This document shows positions 10,173 through 19,400 of a DNA stretch of 64,000 nucleotides, one piece after another (position 1 is the first letter of the stretch; the number at the start of each line of letters is the position of its first letter). The position numbers were made by a program, and so were the translations under genes. Location of the stretch: assembly GCA_963778655.1 (NCBI GenBank), contig CAVZVA010000011.1, positions 320,001 to 384,000 of the forward strand, read 5' to 3'. Origin of the DNA: an uncultured delta proteobacterium. GTDB taxonomy: Bacteria; Myxococcota_A; Polyangia; Polyangiales; JAFGIB01. The notes beneath the pieces were generated by a model. That model made no database searches and was not told the origin of the DNA. It saw only the letters and a program-made list of their open reading frames with translations.

Positions 10173-11623
10173 GGCACCGCCGCTCTGGTCGGAACCGGAG
10201 CGAGGCTCGCCGGCGGCGCGGGCAGGGCGTGCAGCTCCTTTAGCAGCCGCCGCATGCTCTGGCGATCGAGCGGCCGGCTGAACAGGAAGCCCTGGATCTG
10301 ATCCACGCACAGGCCGGTGGCCTCACCCTGGTCGAGCGCACGCAGCGTGGCGAGCTGCTCGCGCGTCTCGACCCCTTCGGCGACCACCTTCAACTCCAGG
10401 CTGTGCGCCATCGCGACAATCGCCCGCACGATCGCGGTGTCGGCGCGGGCGCCCGGCAAATGCTTGACGAATGAACGGTCGATCTTGATCGCGTGAATCG
10501 GCAGCTCTCGCAGCCGCGCGAGCGACGAATACCCGGTGCCGAAGTCGTCGATGCTGATACGCACCCCTCGGGTGTGCAGCTCGTCCAGGATCTTCGCCGC
10601 ATGCTCTTCGTTCTCCATGATGGCGCTCTCAGTGACCTCGAGCACGAGCCGGTCCGGCGGCAAGTTGCAGTCCGAGAGCACGCTCAGCACCATGTCGGCA
10701 AGGTGCGGCGCTCGCAGCTGATGCGCCGACATGTTGACGGAGATCGGCAGCGCAGCCAGGCCTTGGCGCTCCCACGCTCGCGCCTGCGCACAGGCGGTGC
10801 GCAACACCCAGTGCCCGATCGAGACGATCAGCCCTGTCGCCTCGGCGACCGGGATGAACACGGCCGGGCTGACGAGGCCGAGACGCGGGTGCCGCCAGCG
10901 CAGCAGCACCTCCATCCCGGAAACCGCCTCCGACTTGGCATCGACGATCGGCTGGTAGCACAGGAACAGCTCTTCGCGTTCGAGCGCGCCCTCAAGCTCG
11001 GTCTTGATCAACGCCCGTTGCTCCACGGAAGTCCTCATCTCCGTGGAAAAGAACATGACCCCTGCGCCGCCGCGGTCCTTTTGCGCATGCAAGGCCATGC
11101 CGGATTCCGCGAGCAGCGCCTCGGCGTCCGCCTGCTCCGGCGATCCAGCGCTGATCCCCACGCTCACGTTCAGATAAAGTCGGCGGCCGGGCACTTCGAG
11201 CTCGCTGTGCACCGCCGTCGAGATCCGCCGAGCGACCACCTCGGCGTCGACTGGATCGGTGATGCCGCCGAGCATCACTGCGAACTCGTCACCGCCTATC
11301 CGCGCGACGACGTCGTCGGTGCGCACGACCTGCCGCAGGCGGGCCGCCACCTCCTTGAGCACCCGATCTCCTGTGGGATGACCGAGCGTGTCGTTGATCT
11401 CCTTGAAGCCGTCCAAGCCGACCAGCAGCACGACGACTTGTTGTTGGCCGCGGGCACGCGCGATCGCCGCGCCCAGCTGCCGGCGCAAGAACGGGCGGTT
11501 GGGCAGATCGGTCAGACTGTCGTGGGTGGCGGCGTGCGCGAGCTTGATTTGGGCGGCCACGTACAGGACCGCACTGCCAAACGCGAGAAACAGCGAAATG
11601 GCCCACGGATCAAGCTGCGACAT
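10169..11623 (-). CDS. Membrane-anchored GGDEF-EAL c-di-GMP turnover protein
   Basis: One N-terminal TM helix, HDSLTDLPNR, RxxD I-site, GGDEF, EVLLRW, EVTES, DDFGTGYSS, KIDRSF, EGVET. Confidence 0.93.
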   Translation of the reverse strand: MSQLDPWAISLFLAFGSAVLYVAAQIKLAHAATHDSLTDLPNRPFLRRQLGAAIARARGQQQVVVLLVGLDGFKEINDTLGHPTGDRVLKEVAARLRQVVRTDDVVARIGGDEFAVMLGGITDPVDAEVVARRISTAVHSELEVPGRRLYLNVSVGISAGSPEQADAEALLAESGMALHAQKDRGGAGVMFFSTEMRTSVEQRALIKTELEGALEREELFLCYQPIVDAKSEAVSGMEVLLRWRHPRLGLVSPAVFIPVAEATGLIVSIGHWVLRTACAQARAWERQGLAALPISVNMSAHQLRAPHLADMVLSVLSDCNLPPDRLVLEVTESAIMENEEHAAKILDELHTRGVRISIDDFGTGYSSLARLRELPIHAIKIDRSFVKHLPGARADTAIVRAIVAMAHSLELKVVAEGVETREQLATLRALDQGEATGLCVDQIQGFLFSRPLDRQSMRRLLKELHALPAPPASLAPVPTRAAVP

Positions 11624-12034
11624 GATTTGGGAACCGCACCCACCCGAGCGGAGCGCCCGGCAAAACGGCGACCCACGACGCAAATGCACGCGACATGCCA
11701 GCAGCGGGCCCTCCAAGACCGCGGCGCTTTGGCCATGCCAGCGGGCGGGTTCGAGGGATGGTCGCCCAATTGACCACAGCTTTGGTCCATTCGACCTGTG
11801 GCTCCTACTGGAGCACCCGTGGCGGGGTGTCGGTCGGCGACTACGATGTGATGGGGCGCGCGATCACATCGCTCCCGAGCTCGCGGACAACCTGCCCAGA
11901 GCATGAATGGGGGTGTGGTGAAATCTGCCGTGGACTCGGGCGGCCAGGCCACAGGGGGCATGAGTCGCAGCCAGAATCGGGGTCGTTTCAGGAGCGGAAC
12001 GCGGATGGCATGCAGTCTGCAGTACCGACCCAAC

Positions 12035-13420
12035 ATGTCTCACCGCCAGCGAACCAGCGTGCGTTTCCCCTACCACCGACAAGTGTTGGTGCGGGCCGAA
12101 GGGTCCCCGGCCGGCGTCGCCATGGAAGCCGTGAACATCGCGGTGGGCGGTCTGTTCCTGCGGACCGAGACCCACCTGCCGCTACACAGCCTAGTCGAGC
12201 TCACCCTCCGCGGGACTGGCACCGAGCCCGTCTCGCTGCAGGCACGCGTGGTGCGGACCGTGACGCCACGGACCGCAGAGGCATGCAACGAGCAGCCAGG
12301 CATGGGTCTGTCTTTCGAGGGGCTCGACGACGCGCAGCGGCAGGCGCTCGCCGCGATCGTCGCAGAGGCCGAGGCCCACGACCCCAGACCGCGCGTGCCA
12401 CGGCCGCTGCCGCGCGCGCTCAAGCCCAGGCCGCCGAGCGACCCACTGCTCGACTACGTGCTCGAGCACACCGATGGCACCCGCGCCCCCGAGGCGCTCG
12501 CCCAGGTCACGGGTCTGGACGTCGACGCGGTAGTCGAGGTGGTCGACGAGCTCGCTCGATTGGGACTCGTCCAGCTCGTGGCGATCGCCGGTGAGCAGGA
12601 GGAAGCCGCGTCCGGTTCGGCCGCGCTGGGCCGCGCACTCGACCTTCCCGGCGCGCGCGCGACGGACGTCAGGCCACCCAGCCCCGAGCATGAGCAATGT
12701 CCGGGCCTACATGAAGCGTTATCGGAGATCGATGCGCGCTTGGTGGACCAGGACTACTTCGCCATGCTTGGGGTCGCGCGCGGCGCCGGTCGCGACGAGA
12801 TCCAGCGCGCGTTTCACTCGCTCGCTCACAAATTCGATCCGGATACCTACGCCAGTCGCGAGCTGCGTTCGCTGCGGGCGACCCTTGGTCGCATCTTCGG
12901 CCGGATCAACGAAGCCTGGGCCGTGCTGGGCAACGAACACGCGCGCGATCAATACGAAGCGTATCTGAGCCGAGCGCACACCATCGCCGCACAGGATCGC
13001 GGCGAGGTCGTGCCGCCGATGAGCTTGGCCGCGCTCGCCGAGCTGCACGAAGAGCAGGCGCGCTACGACGAGCAGCGACAGCACTGGGAGCAGGCCGCGC
13101 GCTCCTGGACGCGCGTCTACGAGGTACGACCGGACGACCCCGAGTGCGCGCGCCACGCCGCGATGGCCCTGCTCAGGGCCAAACGCGAGCTCCGGCGTGC
13201 CCAGTCCTTCGCCGAGAGAGCCGTTGCGCTCGAGCCGGACAATCCGCGCAACCATCGGCTGCTGGCGCGTGTCTTTATCGAGTGCGGGCTGCGGCTGCGC
13301 GCCCGCAAGGAGCTGCAGCGTGCCGCCGAGCTGGCGCGGGCCCGCGGGGACGCTCCATCGCACGCGGCTCCAGCGCAGCCAGCGGTGCCCGCCGAGCGCG
13401 CGCGCCGCATTGGGCGCTGA
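12035..13420 (+). CDS. PilZ domain + J-like domain + TPR protein
   Basis: RQRTSVR and NIAVGG PilZ motifs, PGMGLSF; DYFAMLGV...AHKFDPD J-domain; C-terminal TPR-like helices. Start could be as early as 11903. Confidence 0.8.
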   Translation: MSHRQRTSVRFPYHRQVLVRAEGSPAGVAMEAVNIAVGGLFLRTETHLPLHSLVELTLRGTGTEPVSLQARVVRTVTPRTAEACNEQPGMGLSFEGLDDAQRQALAAIVAEAEAHDPRPRVPRPLPRALKPRPPSDPLLDYVLEHTDGTRAPEALAQVTGLDVDAVVEVVDELARLGLVQLVAIAGEQEEAASGSAALGRALDLPGARATDVRPPSPEHEQCPGLHEALSEIDARLVDQDYFAMLGVARGAGRDEIQRAFHSLAHKFDPDTYASRELRSLRATLGRIFGRINEAWAVLGNEHARDQYEAYLSRAHTIAAQDRGEVVPPMSLAALAELHEEQARYDEQRQHWEQAARSWTRVYEVRPDDPECARHAAMALLRAKRELRRAQSFAERAVALEPDNPRNHRLLARVFIECGLRLRARKELQRAAELARARGDAPSHAAPAQPAVPAERARRIGR

Positions 13421-13426
13421 GGGCGC

Positions 13427-15622
13427 TCAAGGGCGCCGAGAGCGGCTGTCCGACGGTTCGAGCAGGCCGCGCCGCACTAAGATCTCTCGCACCGTTTCCA
13501 CGGGGAGTGCGGGAGCGAAGTGCCCGTCTACCCCCTCCATGTCCTCCGCGACGAAGAGCGCGTTGAGGATCGCCTCCTCCGTCGCTTCCACGGTCGCCCG
13601 GTACAACGGCGAAATTCGTGTGTCGAGGAGCACGTTCATCCGGTAGACCATGCGTTTGGCTTCGCGTGGGGCGAGGTTGGCCGTCGAAAACCCGATGATG
13701 ATCTCGCCGGACCCGTGCGCTGCGTGGGAGCCGACTCGACCGATCCCGAGCGCCGCCCGCTTGGCCAACCGATTGATCTGCAGGGGTTGTAGCGGCGCAT
13801 CCGTGGCCACCACGGCGACGATGCTGCCGTAGTTCTCTCTCCGCACTTCCTCATCGCCGTAGAGCGGCGCGAGCTCCCGGCCTACGGGCACCCCGTCGAG
13901 CCGTAGATCCTCGCGGTTGCCGAAGTTGCTCATCACCAGGACCCCCACCGTGTAGCCCCCCTCCGCCTCGGAGAGCCGGCGCGACGCCGTACCGATCCCC
14001 CCTTTGAAGTCACAGGTGATCATGCCCGTGCCACCGCCGACGTTGCCCTCGCGTACCGGCCCGCCGTCCGCGGTATCGAGCGCCGCCCGCACGTGCTCGG
14101 CCGTCACGTGGTGCCCGGCGATGTCGTTGAGCCACGAATCGTCACATTCGCCGACAATGGGAATGACGACGTCGGCCTCACCGCCGATCTCCGGGTACTG
14201 CCCCACCATGTAGCGGACACACGCCTCCGAGCACGTCCCCACACTCAGCGTGTTGGTCAAGAGAATCGGCGTCTCGATCAGCCCCCACTCCAGCACCTGA
14301 GTCATTCCGGAGACCTCGCCGGCACCGTTGAGCACGAATCCTCCCGCGATCACGCGTTCCTCGAAGATGTTCCTTCGGGGAATGATCGCGGTCACGCCCG
14401 TGCGAGCAGGCCCCTCACCCACCCGTCGCCTGCCGCGTCCGTGGATCACCGTCGAGTGCCCGACAAGCACGCCGGGCACGTCGGTGATGGCGTTGTACCG
14501 GCCGGGCTTGCACACGCCGAGCTCGAGACCGAAGTCGCGAGCCCGCTGGCGAACGACCGGACTCGCGCTGCCATCGCGCCCGGTCGTGACGGCTGCACCT
14601 CGGGCCCGCGGACCAGCGTTCCGCTTCGCCGGCTTCAGTTGCAGGCCGTAGCGCGTCGCGGCACTCTGAAGGATCCGCTCGAGCACCCGTGCTTCGCTAT
14701 CCAGCCCGGCGAGCTTGCCGGCCTCGTAGATCGAAGCCCCTCGCTCGAGGCTGGGCAGCGCGTTGACCTCGAGAAAGTACAGCTCGCCCGACTCGGTGAG
14801 CCGAAAGTCGATCCGCCCGACATCCCGGATCGTCAGCGCACGAACGGCGCGCCGCGCCGCATCGACCACCCGGTCGCGCAGCTCGGGGGTGAGGTCCGCC
14901 GGCGTGCGAACGCGCAGCCCGTCGAATCCCTCGATCTTGAGCGCATAGTCGTAGATGGCCCACTTACGCGACGAATCGACGTACTCGTACTCCGAGGGCT
15001 CCAGCACGCCGCCGGTTTCCGGAGACGCTGCCTCGAGAAAGGGGACGACGATGTCCCTACCCGTGATGTACTCCTCGGCAAGCAAACCGGCGGGATACTG
15101 GGCGAGCAGCTGTCCGGCGCGCTCGCAAAACTGGCCCGACGTCTCGACGATCGAGTCCTGCGTAATGCCCTTGCTGCTGCCCTCGAAGTTCGGCTTGATG
15201 ATGACTGGGAACGTCAGCTCCGGCTCGACGACCGGGTCACCCTTTTGGAGGAAGGTCCAGCGCGGTGTGAGCAGACCGCTGCGAGCGACCACGATCTTCG
15301 ACAGCTGCTTGTCCAGGGTCAAGGCGCAGGCGTATGCGTCCGAGCCCGTGTAGGGAATCGCCAGTTGTTCGAAGAGACCCGGATAGAACGCCTCCCGATA
15401 CCGGCCGCGCCGGCCTTCTGCGGTGTTGAAGACCATCCCAGGGCGAAGCGCCTCGAGGCGCGAGGTCAGGCGGGACGCCGAGCCCGAAGCTTCGACCGGC
15501 CGCACGTCGTACCCGAGGCTCCGCAGCCCATGGGTGATGAGCTCGACTGTTTCTCGGGTGTCGAACTCTGCCTCCTCTTCGACGGGACGGCGTTGCAGAT
15601 TGTGTACGTATGCGATGCGCAT
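13427..15622 (-). CDS. Fusion of a Ddl-like ATP-grasp ligase and a DmpA/BapA-type (P1/S58) aminopeptidase
   Basis: N-half PYTGS...LDK, IKPNFEGSSKGI, GRIDFRL, LEVNALP. C-half NAITDVPGVLVGH, TGVTAI, GECDDSWLNDI, EGNVGGGTGM, KGGIGTASR, GSIVAVVATDAPL, GSGE. Confidence 0.88.
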   Translation of the reverse strand: MRIAYVHNLQRRPVEEEAEFDTRETVELITHGLRSLGYDVRPVEASGSASRLTSRLEALRPGMVFNTAEGRRGRYREAFYPGLFEQLAIPYTGSDAYACALTLDKQLSKIVVARSGLLTPRWTFLQKGDPVVEPELTFPVIIKPNFEGSSKGITQDSIVETSGQFCERAGQLLAQYPAGLLAEEYITGRDIVVPFLEAASPETGGVLEPSEYEYVDSSRKWAIYDYALKIEGFDGLRVRTPADLTPELRDRVVDAARRAVRALTIRDVGRIDFRLTESGELYFLEVNALPSLERGASIYEAGKLAGLDSEARVLERILQSAATRYGLQLKPAKRNAGPRARGAAVTTGRDGSASPVVRQRARDFGLELGVCKPGRYNAITDVPGVLVGHSTVIHGRGRRRVGEGPARTGVTAIIPRRNIFEERVIAGGFVLNGAGEVSGMTQVLEWGLIETPILLTNTLSVGTCSEACVRYMVGQYPEIGGEADVVIPIVGECDDSWLNDIAGHHVTAEHVRAALDTADGGPVREGNVGGGTGMITCDFKGGIGTASRRLSEAEGGYTVGVLVMSNFGNREDLRLDGVPVGRELAPLYGDEEVRRENYGSIVAVVATDAPLQPLQINRLAKRAALGIGRVGSHAAHGSGEIIIGFSTANLAPREAKRMVYRMNVLLDTRISPLYRATVEATEEAILNALFVAEDMEGVDGHFAPALPVETVREILVRRGLLEPSDSRSRRP

Positions 15623-15690
15623 CAGTCAGTGCAGTCCATTGCTAGTACCTCGCTACACACGTTTGCCGGCTTTCCTGAGATCGGGACCGC

Positions 15691-15859
15691 TAGAGCACGG
15701 AACCTATTGAAGCGTGTGCGAAGTCGGGGGCATGGCGGGATGCAGGGTGCGGGCGGGAGCCCGAAGGCGTAGTCCATCCTATGTCGAGCGGGGAGCGCGC
15801 GTGCCATGCGCCCGCGAGGGCCCCGAAATCGTGCGTGTTTCAATATGTTCGGTGCTCTA
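15691..15859. mobile_element. TA-bounded palindromic MITE-like element, copy 1
   Basis: Left end CTAGAGCACGGAACCTATTGAA versus reverse complement of right end CTAGAGCACCGAACATATTGAA; self-complementary interior; no convincing ORF. Confidence 0.7.
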
Positions 15860-15933
15860 GCCGCGTCGATCTGCTCGGAGGCGCCGCTGGCCTGGCGCGG
15901 GAGTCGGCGCGGCGCCGAAGCCGCCTGGGGCAG

Positions 15934-16350
15934 TTACGTAACCGGTGTAATGCGAGCTTGCGCCCGGACCCTGCCACGTCGGACAGCAACAGCAGCAGGT
16001 TCTGCACATCCTAACCCATCGCGGGCGTTCCTCCAATCGATGGACCGCGAGCACGCTGGTCGTGATGGTACGCCGGCCTCGAGCGCGACAAGCGTCGTGC
16101 AGTCACGCACCGCCAGCCAGGCGCCGAGCACCGCGGCGCAAGCTGAGTCCAGGTCGCTGAGGACTGAGCCCAACACCTCGCACGGCAGCGTCGCTCGTTC
16201 CCTTGCGCCGACCGGGAGGTAGCGCTTGGCCGCAGTCTCGTACAATGCGAGCTGCCGCGCCGGATCCAGACCGCGAGCCATCAAGCGAAACAAGCGTCGA
16301 GTGGCCCGGATGACTGTCCGAACGCCTTTTCGAAGCCGAAAGGCTCCCAC
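15934..16350 (-). CDS. Possible hypothetical protein or gene remnant
   Basis: 138-aa ORF filling an otherwise empty gap; central part looks protein-like (LDPARQLALYETAAKRYLP) but has no recognisable motif. Confidence 0.25.
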   Translation of the reverse strand: MGAFRLRKGVRTVIRATRRLFRLMARGLDPARQLALYETAAKRYLPVGARERATLPCEVLGSVLSDLDSACAAVLGAWLAVRDCTTLVALEAGVPSRPACSRSIDWRNARDGLGCAEPAAVAVRRGRVRAQARITPVT

Positions 16351-16488
16351 CTATCCATCCAATGTGTGCGTACGGCGCAGATCTTCGACGCGTTCCCGCG
16401 CGCGAGGGGAGCCCCAACCGCGTGCGATCCGCTATCCTAGATCAGTGACCGCATATCGCGTCATAGCGGTGGGAAACGGTCCGCAGGT

Positions 16489-19400
16489 GTGGCGCTAACC
16501 GCCGGAGAAGTCACGAGGCTCGAGCCGGAGCTGGTCGCAGGGCGCTACCGCGTGGAGGCGCGCCTGGCGCGCGGCGGCATGGGCGCCGTCTACCGCGCGC
16601 ACGACCGCGTGCGGGGCCGCCCGGTCGCGCTCAAGCGCCTGGTCGCCGACGCCGACGCGCGCCGGCGCGCGCGCATGTTCGAGCGCGAGTACCACACGCT
16701 CGCGGGGCTCAAGCATCCACGCATCATCGAGGTCTACGAGTACGGGGTCGACGAGCGCGGCGCGTACTACACCATGGAGCTGCTCGATGGCCGCGACCTG
16801 CGCGAGCTGGCACCCGTGCCGTACCGGGCGGCGTGCTCCTACCTGCGCGACGTCGCCAGCTCGCTTGCGCTGCTGCACGCGCGCAGGCTGTTGCACCGTG
16901 ATCTGTCGCCCCGCAACGTGCGCATCACCTCGGACGCGCGCGCCAAGCTGATCGACTTCGGCGCGTTGACCGGCTTCGGCCGCAACCCCACAGTGGTCGG
17001 CACGCCGCCGCTGGTGCCGCCGGAGGGCTTGTATGGCGCTGCCCTCGATCAGCGCGCCGACCTCTACTCGCTGGGCGCGCTCTCATACTGGGTGCTGACC
17101 GGCCGTCACGCTTTCGAGGTGAAGCGGATCGACGAGCTACAGGATGCGTGGAACACGCATCCGCTGCCGCCCTCTGCGCTCGCGCCCGCGGACGCCGAGG
17201 GCTCGTCCTTTCCCGACGAGCTCGACCACCTCGTGCTGTCGCTGCTGAGCCGCGATCCGATGGCGCGACCGAGCAGCGCCGCCGAGGTGATCGAGCGGCT
17301 CTCGGTGATCGCCGGGCTGCCACCCGATCAGGAGCCGCTCTCGGCGCTCAGCTACCTGCACGGGGGCAAGACGATCGGTCGCACGCGCGAGCGGGCGAAG
17401 TTGCGCAAGCGGCTCAAGGCCGCGCTCGGCGGCGCCGGCTCGGCGGTGGCGATCGAAGCCGAGACCGGCATGGGCAGCGGCCGCATCCTGCACGACCTGG
17501 CGATCGGGGCGCGCCTGCAGGGCGCAGTGGCGGTGGTGGTCGATGCCGCACAGGGCAGCGCCAGCTACGCGGTGCTCGAGGAGATCGCGCACGCCCTGTT
17601 TGCGGCGCTGCCCCACAAGGCGCCGGCCGCGATGGGCGAGCACCAGGCGGCGCTCGCGCGCTTCGTGCCGGGCCGCGGTCGGCACAGCACCCGCCTGTCC
17701 GCGGTGTCGAGCGAAAGCGGCGGCGGCGATCCGCGCGAGCTGCGTTTGCGCACGCAGACCGCGCTGCTCGCCTGGTTGGAGGCGCTGTGCGCCGAGGTCC
17801 CGCTGCTAATCGCCGTGCACAATTTCCACCACGCGGACGAGAGCTCCGCGGCGCTGCTCGCGGCGCTGGCCCGGCGCAGCGCGCGCGGGCGGCTGTTGCT
17901 CGCGCTGGCGTTCGATCCCAGTGCGGTGCCGAGCGCAGCGCCCGCGCTCGCCGACGTGCGCCAGCACGCTGCGCGCATCGGCTTGCTAGGCCTGGACGAG
18001 GACGAAGTGCGCGCGCTGGTGGAGGCCACCTTCGGCGCGGTGCCGGGCAGCGAGAGGCTGGCCGCCCGCCTGCACGAAGCCACCGAGGGCAAGCCGCAAG
18101 CATGCCTCGACTTGATGCAGCATCTGGTCGAGCAGGGGGTGATCGCGTTTGCGGGTGGCGTCTGGGCGCTGCCTCAGGAGCTCGACCTGAGCGAGCTCAC
18201 GGCCGGGCGCGACCACGTGCTCGACGAGCGCCTCGCGCGCCTCGACCCCGACGCCAGGCGTCTGATGGCGCTGCTCTGCGTCCACCGCGGCCCGCTGCCG
18301 CTCGAGCGCCTGGAATCGCTCGCGGCGCTGGAGCGCCTGCGAGAGCCGCTCAAGCTGCTATCTCTGCTGGAGCGGCACGGGGTCGCGGTGTGCGACGAGG
18401 AGGGCGCCCGCTTCGTGCACCGCCGCATGCATGCGGCGGCGCAGCACCTGCTCGACGAGCCCGAACGACGCCGCTTGCACGCGCTGCTCGGCGCCGAGTT
18501 GCTGCGCGAGGAAGCCGACGACGTCGAGACCAGGCTCGAGGCCGGCTGGCACCTGCTCGAGGGCGGCGAGGAACGGCGCGGCGCCGACCTGCTGGCCGAG
18601 ATGGGCTCGGTCTTGTCGCTGGACGCCGACGGCATGGCGGCGGCGCTGCCCGCGCTGCGCGCCGCGCTCGCAGCCTTTCGCCGCCAGGGCCGCAGCAAGC
18701 GCGAGCAGGCACGCCTGCTCGCCTCGCTGGTGATGAGCGGCTTCTACGTCGACCGCAAGCTGGTCGACACCTACGGTGACGATGCGGTCGCCGCGCTGCA
18801 AGACGTGCTCGGGCTGTCGCTGGCGCGGCGCCTGCGCCCACTGCTCGGCCGCAGGCTCGGCGACGCGATCGGGCTGAGCGTGGGCTTGCTGCGTTCCGTG
18901 ATCGACTGCGGCCCGCGGCGCGCGCTGGCCGCTTACAAGGAGCTGGCCACCACCTTCACGCTCGTGATCGTGTTCCTGACCTCCGCTTGGGCGCTGATGC
19001 TCGATGCCGAGCGCGCGCAGCATTACGCGGAGCTATTGGCGCCGCTGCGCGTGTTGGGCGCCGACCACGCGGTGGAGATCTCCTATCGCTACGCGTGCGC
19101 GCTGGCGCGGCTGCCCGAGGACCGCATCGCGGACACCTTGGCTGCGTGCCGGAAGCTGCTCGCGCGCGTGGACGGCGAGCGACCGATACGCGACATGGCC
19201 CCGGTGCACCGCAGCCTGATCCGGGGCGCGCTGTTGTACAGCGTGGGCGCGCTCGAGACCTTTCGCGGCGACCCCGAGGCGTTGCGCTTCGCGGCGGAGC
19301 TGGAGCGATCCACCTTGTTCATGCACGAGCTGTACGCGGCGCAGATCCGTGCCAACTACCACGGCGTGCGCGGAGAGCTGGCGGAAGCCGAGCGTTGGGT

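Noticed and set aside
11655..11750. c-di-GMP-I riboswitch-like words GGCAAAAC...GACGCAAA between the EAL and PilZ genes
   Set aside because: The intervening bases do not form the required stem with a GNRA loop, and no receptor-bearing P3 is visible; an Rfam scan would settle it.
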